Under the pieces are notes generated by a model, which saw only the letters and a list, made by a program, of their open reading frames with translations, had not been told where the DNA came from and ran no database searches. DNA of 64,000 nucleotides, taken from the NCBI RefSeq assembly GCF_006345805.1, contig NC_043008.1:5704001-5768000 (forward strand). Reading direction: 5' to 3'. Positions 53,650 to 64,000 of this stretch are shown one piece after another (positions within the stretch are counted from its first letter, which is position 1; every line of letters starts with the position of its first letter). The position numbers were made by a program, and so were the translations under genes. This stretch comes from Octopus sinensis (Eukaryota).

Positions 53650-54205
53650 AATCTTTTGCTTGTTTCAGTCATCTGACTGCGGCCATGCCGGAGCACCGCA
53701 TTAACGGGTGTTAGTCGAAGAAATCGATCCCAGGGCTTATTCTTTGCAAGCCTAGTACTTATTCTATCGGTCACTTTGGCCGAGCCGCTGAGTTACGGGG
53801 ACATAAACACACTAGCATCGGTGGTCAAGCGATGGTGGGGTGACAAACACACACACACACCTATGTATATATACGACAAGCTTCGTCCAGTTTCCGCCTA
53901 CCAAATCCACTCACAAGGGTTTGGCCGACCCGAGGCTATAGTAGAAGACACTTGCCCAACGTGCCATGCTGTGGGACCAAACGCAGAACCATGAGGTCAG
54001 TAAGCAAGCTACGTAGATAAGAAATTCTTTTTCATTAATATTTAATATACTGGTGTGTAGTTAAGAACCACTCCTTCCAACCATGTGGTCATGGGTTCAG
54101 TCCCACTGCGTGGCATCTTGGGTTAGTGCCTTCTGTTATAGCTGCGGGCCGGCCAAAGACTTGTGAATAAATTTGATAGACGAGAAGTGAAAGAAGACAT
54201 TCGTG
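53650..54205. mobile_element. Head-to-head SINE family A pair (minus 53650-54010, plus 54050-54205)
   Basis: Minus copy with tail tgtttcagtcatctgactgcggccatg; plus copy gggttcagtcccactgcgtggcatcttggg. Confidence 0.8.
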
Positions 54206-54230
54206 TATATATACATATATATATATAAAT

Positions 54231-54395
54231 CAGCAAAAATATCACAAAACCTGTTACTCAGAGTTTAACATTCCCGTTCGTAAGTAACTGTTTTTGTGAT
54301 ATTTTTGCTGCTTTTTAATAAAGCATATTACTCTACCTCTGGTATTCGTGTAATATTTTTCCACCTTGTTTCGCATTTATGTACTTACTCTGGTA
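54231..54395. mobile_element. Penelope-like pLTR fragment with a short inverted duplication (54231-54310)
   Basis: cagcaaaaatatcacaaaa...ttttgtgatatttttgctg; spacer on the minus strand reads acgaacgggaatgttaaactctgagta, a truncated hammerhead-like layout. Confidence 0.5.
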
Positions 54396-54525
54396 TATAT
54401 ATTTGATAAATTTTCTTGAGAAAATTTCTTAGTGGTAAGACCAAAGCAGATCTACTTCTAGCCTAAGGGTTGTCCACATAGTGGTCATCCCTCTCAAATG
54501 TATGTAATACAATTTTCTGAATCTT

Positions 54526-54557
<32 letters not shown>

Positions 54558-54563
<6 letters not shown>

Positions 54564-54831
54564 CAGCCTCGTCTGGCCCCCGTGCCGGTGGCACGTAAAA
54601 AGCACCATCCCATCGTGGCCGTTTGCCAGCCTCGTCTGGCACCTGTGCAGGTGGCACATAAAAAGCACCCACCACACTCTCGGAGTGGTTGGTGTTAGGA
54701 AGGGCATCCAGCTGTAGAAACACTGCCAGATCAGACTGGGCCTGGCGCAGCCTCCTGGCTTCCCAGACCCCAGTTGAACCGTCCAACCCATGCTAGCATG
54801 GAAAACGGACGTTAAACAATGATGATGATGA

Positions 54832-54835
<4 letters not shown>
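54558..54835 (+). mobile_element. RTE-type SINE/LINE 3' portion with (GAT)n tail
   Basis: Internal ~60-bp duplication tttgccagcctcgtctggc...aaaaagcacc; gtggttggtgttaggaagggcatccagctgtagaaa; ends ggacgttaaacaatgatgatgat. Confidence 0.75.
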
Positions 54836-54864
<29 letters not shown>

Positions 54865-54865
<1 letters not shown>

Positions 54866-55030
54866 GAGGGGGAGTCAAAAGTTTCGCCATAACGTACCTT
54901 TGCTTTCTGACGCCTGAGCGCGAGTGCTTATAGTTGGCACTATTTTGGTCACATAATCGAACTTTGAGCCTAATCACACCATTTTTCTTTCTGGCTTTAC
55001 AGTGTAAGCATGGCCGGTCCGCTAGCGGTT
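54865..55030 (+). mobile_element. Mariner-like 5' end fragment
   Basis: TA|cgagggggagtcaaaagtt TIR-like start after (TA)n, then atggccggtccgctagcg; no partner TIR seen. Confidence 0.45.
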
Positions 55031-55761
55031 CGTTATGCGTGCCTGTATTTTATTGAAGTGTTAACAGAAATATTCCAGCGGCATTTTGTTTCCATACTAT
55101 GCATAATTATGTCTCCCACATCACTATAACTTCAAATATTTATATTCTTCGCATTATTCTTTCTGCGCATTTCGTTAGATAATGGCAGCTGTTAATTCTA
55201 CAGAGTATGTATCAGTTTCCTTATCTCTACGTGTTACCTGTGTCTCTTTTCCTTTTCTGCATAAGATATTTAGTTATCACCTGCCTCTATACAGCAAAAG
55301 CAAGCGTTTCAAAATGAGAGCTTTTATCCTACGTGTTCATCAAGCGAAAACTACTCTGGTTTTCAATTCTTCAATTACTTCTAAGCGTTTTGGGCATGGA
55401 GTTACGCATATTATTTTGCTGATATGTATGTTTTTTGTTTTTAGTTTAATTTAGGTTCTTGAGAGAGTCCAAGCCGGTCGCTAACAAAACAACAAGATCC
55501 TTTGAGTTAAGAGAGTTCCTGGTGTTTGCAAACATGTCGTTCATTTGGTGCGTTGGTTGAACTGTCGATGCATGCACTTAAATGTGTGCATCTGTTCACA
55601 TAAGAATCTCAGATGGAGAAATTCGGGAATGTCATACAAATCTTCATTCTGCTACTAATAGATTGGATTTGGAGGATCAGCGTCAGTTTCTTTTGATCGT
55701 TCTCCGTGAAACCGAGTATTTCTAGGTTTTTGTGCAAATTTGTTGGTATATATAATTAGTA

Positions 55762-55970
55762 AAGGCAGCGAGCTGGCGATAGCGAGTCAGTCAAAATGCT
55801 TATCGGTGTTCTGTCCGTCTCAACATTCTGAGTTAAGATTCCGCCGAGATGAACTTTGTCTTTTTGCCTTTCTGGATCTATAAAATAAACACCACTTGAA
55901 CACTGGGGTCCATGCAGTCGTGCTGTCTCCCTAAATTTCAGACCGTTTGCTTATAGTAGAAAGGATTAAT
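55762..55970 (+). mobile_element. SINE family B, old degenerate copy, tail type 3
   Basis: aaggcagcgagctggc...ttctgagtt...ctggggtc...tagtagaaaggatt. Confidence 0.75.
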
Positions 55971-56607
55971 AATCAGAGTTTCACTTATGTACGACATAGA
56001 GTATATTTGCGTGATCAGTCACAGAACGTTGAAACTTAGCTGCTGACTTTGACTTTGTGTGTGAAACTTCAAATAGAAGTGGATTGAATTGCTAACGATT
56101 TTCTGATATAATCCTATGTATGAAGGACTCCAATGTCGAGACCAACGTTTGAATGCCTTGTAAGAAAAACAAAAGTGGAGCGAGTTTCTGGAGAACTTAC
56201 CACATTCTCAACTTCTAGCTGAGTAACCTGAACTGGTGCCAGAGAGAACAGGAAGTCAGCTGGAGATAACAAAGATGTATCGTCCAATCAGATTGATGCG
56301 ATCTCCTTTAACGTTGGTGTCCACATCACAAAGTTCACCTTTCCGAAATATTATATAACAACACGTCACGTACACCTCACCCGATCGTAAGCACAAATCG
56401 AGATACATAAAATAACACTTGCAACCGAAATATGGCACACCAGAACACATGCTGCTATGTTGAATATTCTTGGAGCCCATCTCTCCAAAGCCGCTCTTAC
56501 ATCATGCGCCTTCAATGTCTTTAAGAATATCTCACTCCACGCTCTATTTCTAGGTTTCTTTCACTCTGCGCTTCGCACGTACATAGGCATACACATATAT
56601 CTACACA

Positions 56608-56609
<2 letters not shown>

Positions 56610-56678
<69 letters not shown>

Positions 56679-57715
56679 ATACACATACACACACACACGC
56701 ACACTTATAAACACTTTTGAACGCACACATATATGTAAGTTATGAATATATATTTGTGTATGTCTATATACATATACCTACACGGTGTTAAAATAAACAT
56801 ATTCTGTCATGTGAATGCACGTTTACACAACAAGTACACACGCCTACATGTACAGACATGTACAAGAACACATATTCACGCACACACACAGACACGCACA
56901 CATTTACGTACATATATGTATGTATACGCGTATTCAGGTATCCATATGTTTATGTTCCTTCCAATATTTCAGATATAGGAAAGGAAAAAAAAAAACACCT
57001 ACAACCCAAAATTGAAAGTAATAGAGAAAACAGATAGAGAAGCGAGATATATAGCTGCCTCTCCATCGCCAACCCTTCTCTGATATATCATCTTTCGTCA
57101 ATAATATTAACCATAACAGCTCAGTCTCTACTCCTTCACCGTATCATCTTTAATATACAGCATCATCCCACCACACACACACACCACACACACACACAAA
57201 CACATACACATACACACACACACACGCACACTTATAAACACTTTTGAACGCACACATATATGTAAGTTATGAATATATATTTGTGTATGTCTATATACAT
57301 ATACCTACACGGTGTTAAAATAAACATATTCTGTCATGTGAATGCACGTTTACACAACAAGTACACACGCCTACATGTACAGACATGTACAAGAACACAT
57401 ATTCACGCACACACACACACACACACACGCACACATTTACGTACATATATGTATGTATACGCGTATTCAGGTATCCATATGTTTATGTTCCTTCCACTAT
57501 TTCAGATATAGGAAAGGAAAAAAAAAAAACACCTACAACCCAAAATTGAAAGTAATAGAGAAAACAGATAGAGAAGCGAGATATATAGCTGCCTCTCCAT
57601 CGCCAACCCTTCTCTGATATATCATCTTTCGTCAATAATATTAACCATAACAGCTCAGTCTCTACTCCTTCACCGTATCATCTTTAATATACAGCATCAT
57701 CCCACCACACACACA
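56610..57715 (+). repeat. ~530-bp near-identical tandem duplication bounded by (CA)n
   Basis: 56671-57180 repeated at 57198-57715 (cacttataaacacttttgaacgc...cagcatcatcccacc). Confidence 0.93.
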
Positions 57716-58114
57716 CTACAGATGAAACAATTACAACCACAAAACTCAGCTGTTGTGAAGAAAATGATACGCAAAAATAAATTCAATTTATGAAACACGA
57801 AACAATAACAATAAAACGCGATATAAAAAACATGTTATTCTATAAATATTTTCATTCTATACTGAGTCCATCTCTGTAGCACTTTTAAAAATAAATGACC
57901 AAGGTGTAACGATTTTCATAAAACGTTTCAGTTTATATTTATTTTATTTTAAAATTCTATTAATTTCGTTTTATTTAAGAAAATTATATCATTTTCAATT
58001 TCGGTAAATTCTATTCGCGCACTTTTTTATTTTTATTTTTATCGAAAACGTATTTTCGATAAAAAAAAAAAAGTGAGGCTGTAGAGTTTTTCATCTTGTA
58101 TAAGTATACGCACA

Positions 58115-58163
<49 letters not shown>

Positions 58164-58398
58164 ACACATGCGCACAAAAACACAAACACACACATACATA
58201 CACATATTTACGCACACGCGCACACGCGCACACATGCATACACACACACACACACTCACACACACACACACAAACACACACATATACACACACATATATA
58301 CATATATAAATGCACACTCTCTCGCGTATATACACCTATATAGTTATGTATATATATGTGTGTGTGTGTGTGTGTTTTTGTGTATCTGTATAAATGTG

Positions 58399-58430
<32 letters not shown>

Positions 58431-58974
58431 TGTATGTGTGTATGTATGTATGTATGTGTGTATGTATGTATGTATATATCTATCTATATATCTATAAATA
58501 ATATATATGTATATATACACACACACATATTCCAATATATAATATAGATACATAGATAAATAGGCAAATGCGTCTAGATAGAGAAATAGAGATAGAGTGA
58601 AAGATTTTGGCATAGATAATGATTCCATTACGTTTCGCTTGCCATGTGCGTTTATGAAGATGCGACTGACGTAAATAGTCACGTGCTTCACAGAAATATT
58701 TCCTTTTTAAATGTTCACTTTCATCAATAGCTATAGCTGTAATTAATACAATCAAACTATCACCTGCTGCTTGTCTATAAAAATATTGTTCTCTGGTCAT
58801 AAATTTACATTAACAAGAAAACATGATTCCAGTGCATATTATATGGATTATATTAGAACAACTAGAGATATCTGAACATCTATATTTTATGCTGTTTCCT
58901 TCTAATTTATTCCAGCACAAATAAATGTCAAACCAGGCCTCGCCATTTTCTAGCATACAACGAGGCAGTTCTTT

Positions 58975-59912
58975 CCTATTATTATTACTTAGTGAGAGAG
59001 CAGTGCATGCCATCAAACCGACTCTGGTGTACAAATATACGAAGCCCAGTATACCCATCATGACTACCCGTCTGATAAGGGTACACCTTGCTGTTTTTTG
59101 CAAGTGCTCCACCCGTATTGCAGCCCCTATTTGTTCCCCGCACTTCTCGAGATTTTTGCCCACTGTTCCCAGGGCTCCGACAATTATTGGTACTACTGCC
59201 ACCTTTTTCATCGACCACAACTGCTTAACTTCCCAAGTTAACCTGTCATATCTCTCGACTTTTCTTTCTTCCTTATTGCATACCTTGTTGTGAGCTGGGC
59301 ATGCTATATCTATGATCCAGCATAGTTTGTTTTCTTTCTCAATTAAGATTATGTCCAGCTTCCTATTCTCAATCTCATGGTCGCACTGAATCATAAAATC
59401 CCACAGGATCTTTGCATTTCTATTTTCCACGATGCCTTCAGGTTTGTAGTTGTACCAAATTTTGCTCTTTCAAGTCCATACTTGTTGCAGAGTGTCCAAT
59501 GGACAAACATTGCTACATTGTCGTGGTGTCTCTTATATTCCTTCTGGGTTAGTGGCGTACATTGGCTGGTAATATGCCATACAGTTTCACCGTTTTGATC
59601 ACAGATTCTGCACTTATCACTTTCTGATGTGCTGTCTATTCTGTATTTTATGTAGTTTGTTCTTAGTGCTTGCTCTTGGGCAGCGCAGACTAGAGGCTCC
59701 GTTTCCGGTTTTAAATCACTTTTAGTCATCCACAGCCATCTTTTTTTCTCTGTCTGTCTTATCTTCAACATCCCTATGAAATTGACCATGCATTCTTTTC
59801 TTTACCCACCTATTTTCTGTTTCAATCGTTTTCAATTTCTTGTATAGTGCTTTATCTTTGCAATCTTTCATCCTACACAAGCCTGACCTTCTTACTTCTA
59901 TTTGGGAGCAGC
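58975..59912 (-). mobile_element. R4/Dong-type LINE 3' region: CCHC knuckle + restriction-like endonuclease, frameshifted
   Basis: ORFs 59391-59789 and 58810-59430: AAQEQALRTN...CRIC..GETVWHITSQC...KRHHDNVA; ILWDF..QCD...LDIIL...IIDIACP...PIIVGALG...HLQKTA; (TAA)n tail near 58980. Confidence 0.9.
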
Positions 59913-60628
59913 GGTAAAAATAACAACACTGTAGTTCTAATTAGTGTTGGATATCTGGTGGATGATGGCATGCATAATGTTGGAGGGGAGCGAAACATTA
60001 CTAGAAGGGAACAGAACGAGTCGGGAAAACTAGATTGAGATCTTATTTTGGAAATCTTATTTTGGAAATCGCCTGTGCATATGGAAAATATCCCAGATCT
60101 CTTCTCACTACCGAATGGGATGCAACTACAAGTAATTGTAGAGAACACTGAAAGAGATAATGGCTGCCAACCGTCTTCAAGTTTTAAATGACAAGGAAAG
60201 TGAGGGTAGAGAGAAAAGTACTGCTGAAAGTGGGGGAATGTGGTGAAGATTGCCGCGTGAACTTATACTTGTAAGCCGGATGGGTTGAGGAGAGAGGTAT
60301 CCGCTAAGGTCCCCTTCGCAGTCGGGATGACCAGGATGTGTGGGTTTCCTTGGTTGGCTCTGAGTGAAAGCCCCACTTTTGGGGGAATTCTATTGTTAAT
60401 TTTTGTTATTCATTCTTATTGTTTTATTGCATACACGAACTTTTATTCTAAGCCCCACTTGTACCTTATGTTTTGTGTTCGGCCCTTGCGGCCATTAAAG
60501 AAAAGATTATTATTGCCGTTGTTGTTGTTGTTACTTTGCCTTTCATATCTTCGGGGTCGGTAAATTATGCACCAGTTGAGCAGCGGGGGTTCGATGTAAT
60601 TGCAGAAATTATTATTTAATTTCTATGC

Positions 60629-61030
60629 AAGGTGGCGAGCTGACAGAATCGTTAGCATGTCGGACAAAATGTTTGGCAGCATTTCGTCCGTCTTTTCGTT
60701 CTGAAAAGTCCACCGAGTTTGACTTTGCCTTTCATCCTTTCGAGATCGATAAAATAAGTATCAGTTCAGTGACTAGTGTCGATGTTGTCATCTTGCCCTC
60801 ACTACGTACTTAACGTAGAAAGGATGATTTTATTGCTGGCGAGAAAAAGGCAGAGAAAAAGGTTAGCGGCATTTTTTCTCTCTTCTTTACCATTTCCTTT
60901 CAAATATTTCCGAGGCCAAATTTGCCTTTCATCTTTTCGGAACCAATAAAGTAAAGTAACTATGAAGTTGTGGGGTCGATGTAATCGATTTACCCGCTCT
61001 TCTGCTGGCCTTTTGCCGATATTTGAAATA
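60629..61030 (+). mobile_element. Two tandem degenerate SINE family B copies
   Basis: aaggtggcgagctgacagaatcgttagc...gactttgcctttcatcctttcg; second core tttgcctttcatcttttcgg...tggggtcgatgtaatcg. Confidence 0.75.
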
Positions 61031-61054
61031 ATTCTTATTATTGCTTTTGGAAAA

Positions 61055-61056
61055 TA

Positions 61057-61100
<44 letters not shown>

Positions 61101-61154
61101 TATTATTATTATTATTATTATTATCATTATTATTAATTATTATTATTATCATTA

Positions 61155-61188
<34 letters not shown>

Positions 61189-61230
61189 TTATTATTATTA
61201 TTATTATTATCATTATTATTATCATTATTA

Positions 61231-61280
<50 letters not shown>

Positions 61281-61309
61281 CATTATTATTATTATTATCA
61301 TTATTATTA

Positions 61310-61348
<39 letters not shown>

Positions 61349-61362
61349 TATTATTATTATTA

Positions 61363-61402
<40 letters not shown>

Positions 61403-61525
61403 CATTATTATTATTATTATTATCATCATCATCGTCATCATTATTATTATTATCATCATCATCATCATCATTATTTTTATCATTGCTATTATTATTATTA
61501 TTATTATTATTGTTATTGTTGTTGT
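61055..61525. repeat. (ATT)n/(ATC)n array
   Basis: Direct reading. Confidence 0.95.
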
Positions 61526-62199
61526 TGGTTTAGTTTATTGATTCTCTAAGATTTTTTTTTTATATATTGGGACATTTTTGTGTTTTCGAATTCCGTTGGG
61601 AATAAAATTCCCTTTACTTAGAGATTTCTCGAAAAGTATTTTTATCAAATAAATATACTACAGACGAAATAGCTGTAAATATTATTATTTTTTAAAAATA
61701 TCTTCTGATTTTATTTTATTTTACATTTACTGTCTTAAATTTCCGTTCGAAATTTCTTTAAACAACAAGTGCATCTGTAAAGCTTCAAGCCTCTTGCTAA
61801 ATTCACACAATGTTGACACTGAGTAAGAAATGGAAATCAAATATTAGTTTTGCATATGTTTTCACTCCTCCATTATGTGTAACCTGTCTCTTTCAATTTC
61901 TTTCTCTTTCTTTCTCCTTTCTACCAACCCTTCAAAAGTAATTTTACTGTTAAACTCTCCTTTAGTTCATTTGTCGGTCTTACGCTCTCCTTCGGTTCTC
62001 TTGCTCTTCCGTACCCCTCTCTCACTATCATAGTCTCTCTCTCTATCTCTCTCTCTCTCTCTCTCTCACTCTTTATGTAGGCTTCTACGTTTTTGGATTT
62101 AGTTTTTTTCTGGAAGTTGTAACAATTATTTCAATATAAAATTAGCAAAGTTAAAACATCTCAAAAATTTGTGAAATGAAGCAAACAGAAAATACAAAC

Positions 62200-62332
62200 A
62201 AGAAGAAGAAGAAGAAGAAGAAGAAGAGAAGAAGAAGAAGAAGAAGAAGAGAAGAAAAAGAAGAAGAAGAAGAAAAAGAAGAAGGAGAAGAAGAAGAAGG
62301 AGAAGAAGAAGAAGAAGAAGAAGAAGAAGAAG
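62200..62332. repeat. (GAA)n array
   Basis: Direct reading. Confidence 0.95.
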
Positions 62333-62816
62333 GTGGCATTAATAGACGGTAATAAATCTGTTGGTGCCTGGCAAGCATGGTCATTTAGAGAATATATTTT
62401 TCTTTTTTATTCTCGTGATAGAATTTCCACTTAACAGTTAAGATAATAGCTGCTGGAACAATTTGTCCATTAAATAACGGTGAACAGCATCTGGTCTCAA
62501 ATAAATAATTTTATGTATTTTTATTAAATGCAAACTAAAAACTATTTAAACTCAATTTATAAATAGTCATTGGCTTATTTACATGGAATTTTTTGTTCTG
62601 CTTGTTGTTGTTGCGGTTTTGTTGCTGCCATGGCATTTCTATTCTATAATTCCAGTTCATGGAATTGCTATGCTTCTACTTCGCTACACAAATTATTTTT
62701 ATTGTGAGACTTTGCTATGCATTTGTTTCCTACTTATAACAGCTACTGTAGTAAGTGGAGTTGTTTTTCGCTCCTAGAGTAGATTTTTTCTTCTAAATAT
62801 GCTGGCTAATTTCCAG

Positions 62817-62859
<43 letters not shown>

Positions 62860-62877
62860 TTCATCATCATCATCATT

Positions 62878-63095
62878 TAAAGCGATGAACCATTGGAATC
62901 GTTAGCACGTCGGATAAAATGCTTTTCGGTATTTCGTCCGTCTCCACGTTCTAAGATCAAATTTCGCGCAAGCCGACTTTGTCTTTCATCATTTTGAGAA
63001 CGGCAAACTAAATACCAGTTGAATACTGGGGGTAAATATATCCAACTAGCCCCCTCCCCCAAAATTTCAGGTCTTGTGCATATAGTAGAAAGGAT
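62878..63095 (+). mobile_element. SINE family B, degenerate, tail type 3 with (ATT)n
   Basis: gaatcgttagcacgtcgg...ggtatttcgtcc...cccctccccc aaaatttcaggtcttgtgcatatagtagaaaggatt. Confidence 0.8.
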
Positions 63096-63169
63096 TATTA
63101 TTATTATTATTATTATTTGCCGTGTTCTTTTTCTTCTTGTTCTTGTGTAACACAGCGCATGTAACAAAG

Positions 63170-63990
63170 TGTCAGCTACCCACAGTCAGTGGATGAAGAT
63201 AACATTCTTCGTTCTCATTTGAAGCAATGCTATTTTCTGCAGATGCTCTATACTTACATTAACTCTCATCTTTTCAATCCGGTTTGTGAGATTCGTATTT
63301 ATAGATCCCAAGTCTCCAACAACAACTTGTACGATGATCGCCTTCTTCAATGAACCCAATCTCTTTTATCTTCCATATGAGTCATCACATCTGACCGGCT
63401 TCACTTCTCTTTTCAGTACTTGTCATCATCAGGACATGCAGTATCTTTGATTAAACAGTTCAATAATCACAGCCTCTATATCCAGCTTTCTGTGTTCGGT
63501 TTCATGATGACATTGGATCATTACATCTCACAGTGCTTTTATCTTGTCATTCTTGATAACTCCTGGGTTTGTCCATACCACGTCTTTGCTCTATTCAAAC
63601 CATGCTTGCCACATATCTTCCAAGGAATCATTGTTGCGACATTACCATGTTTTCTTTTGTATTCCTGTTGTACTTATTCACAATAGGCCATACACTCTCA
63701 CCTTTATCACTGCAAGCGCTGCATTCATCACAATTATACTATACTGTCAATCTGGTATTTCGTATAATTTATCTTAAGTTCTTGTCCTTGCACAGCAGAA
63801 ATAAGCGCTTCTGTTTCTGGCTTCAAACCATTCTTCCTTAACCAGTGCCACCTTCCAAGGCATCTGCATTTCTGCTCACCTTTCTCACAAACTATCTGTG
63901 ATTTTTATTTTTTCCCATTCCATTTTCTTCTGTCTTCCTTGCTCTTTTTTTCTTTGTGTGCCTTTGTCTTCACTTAAATATCAATCCTGA
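63170..63990 (-). mobile_element. Decayed R4/Dong-type LINE 3' region
   Basis: Minus: LKPETEALISAVQ...QQEYKRKHGNVA...WKICGKHGLNRAKTWY...MIQCHHETEHRKLDI...VGDLG...EHLQKIALL. Confidence 0.8.
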
Positions 63991-64000
63991 TTATACCGGA

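Noticed and set aside
58810-59789. Intact endonuclease or zinc-finger host gene
   Set aside because: Frameshifted, 5'-truncated RLE LINE; the catalytic PD reads LD.

Overview
This is AT-rich eukaryotic non-coding DNA (intergenic or deep intronic), saturated with microsatellites and decayed transposable elements. The repeat repertoire strongly resembles Octopus (coleoid cephalopod) DNA, an inference from recalled SINE/LINE families. I find no credible host protein-coding gene, rRNA, true tRNA or CRISPR array. Almost all listed ORFs are translations of (TA)n/(CATA)n/(TATC)n/(ATT)n/(CCA)n tracts or TE fragments. Supported content: two abundant tRNA-derived SINE families (A and B here), a V-domain SINE, an RTE-type SINE tail, many R4/Dong-type LINE fragments, single CR1-like, RTE and L1/Tx1 fragments, Tc1/mariner remnants, a non-autonomous Helitron, a GG-ended 8-bp-TSD MITE carrying (CCCTAA)n, Penelope-like remnants with minimal hammerhead motifs, and several local tandem or inverted duplications. 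Most worth following up: (i) SINE-B copies nested into other SINE-B copies at a fixed junction, with swappable 3' tails; (ii) a SINE-A/CR1-like LINE shared 3' end with a covarying stem-loop; (iii) about nine hammerhead-like motifs; (iv) a 73-nt pre-miRNA-sized hairpin in a mariner remnant whose three mismatches are all G-U wobbles; (v) several fold-back inverted repeats. All analysis was by eye and boundaries are approximate unless a TSD or TIR is quoted.
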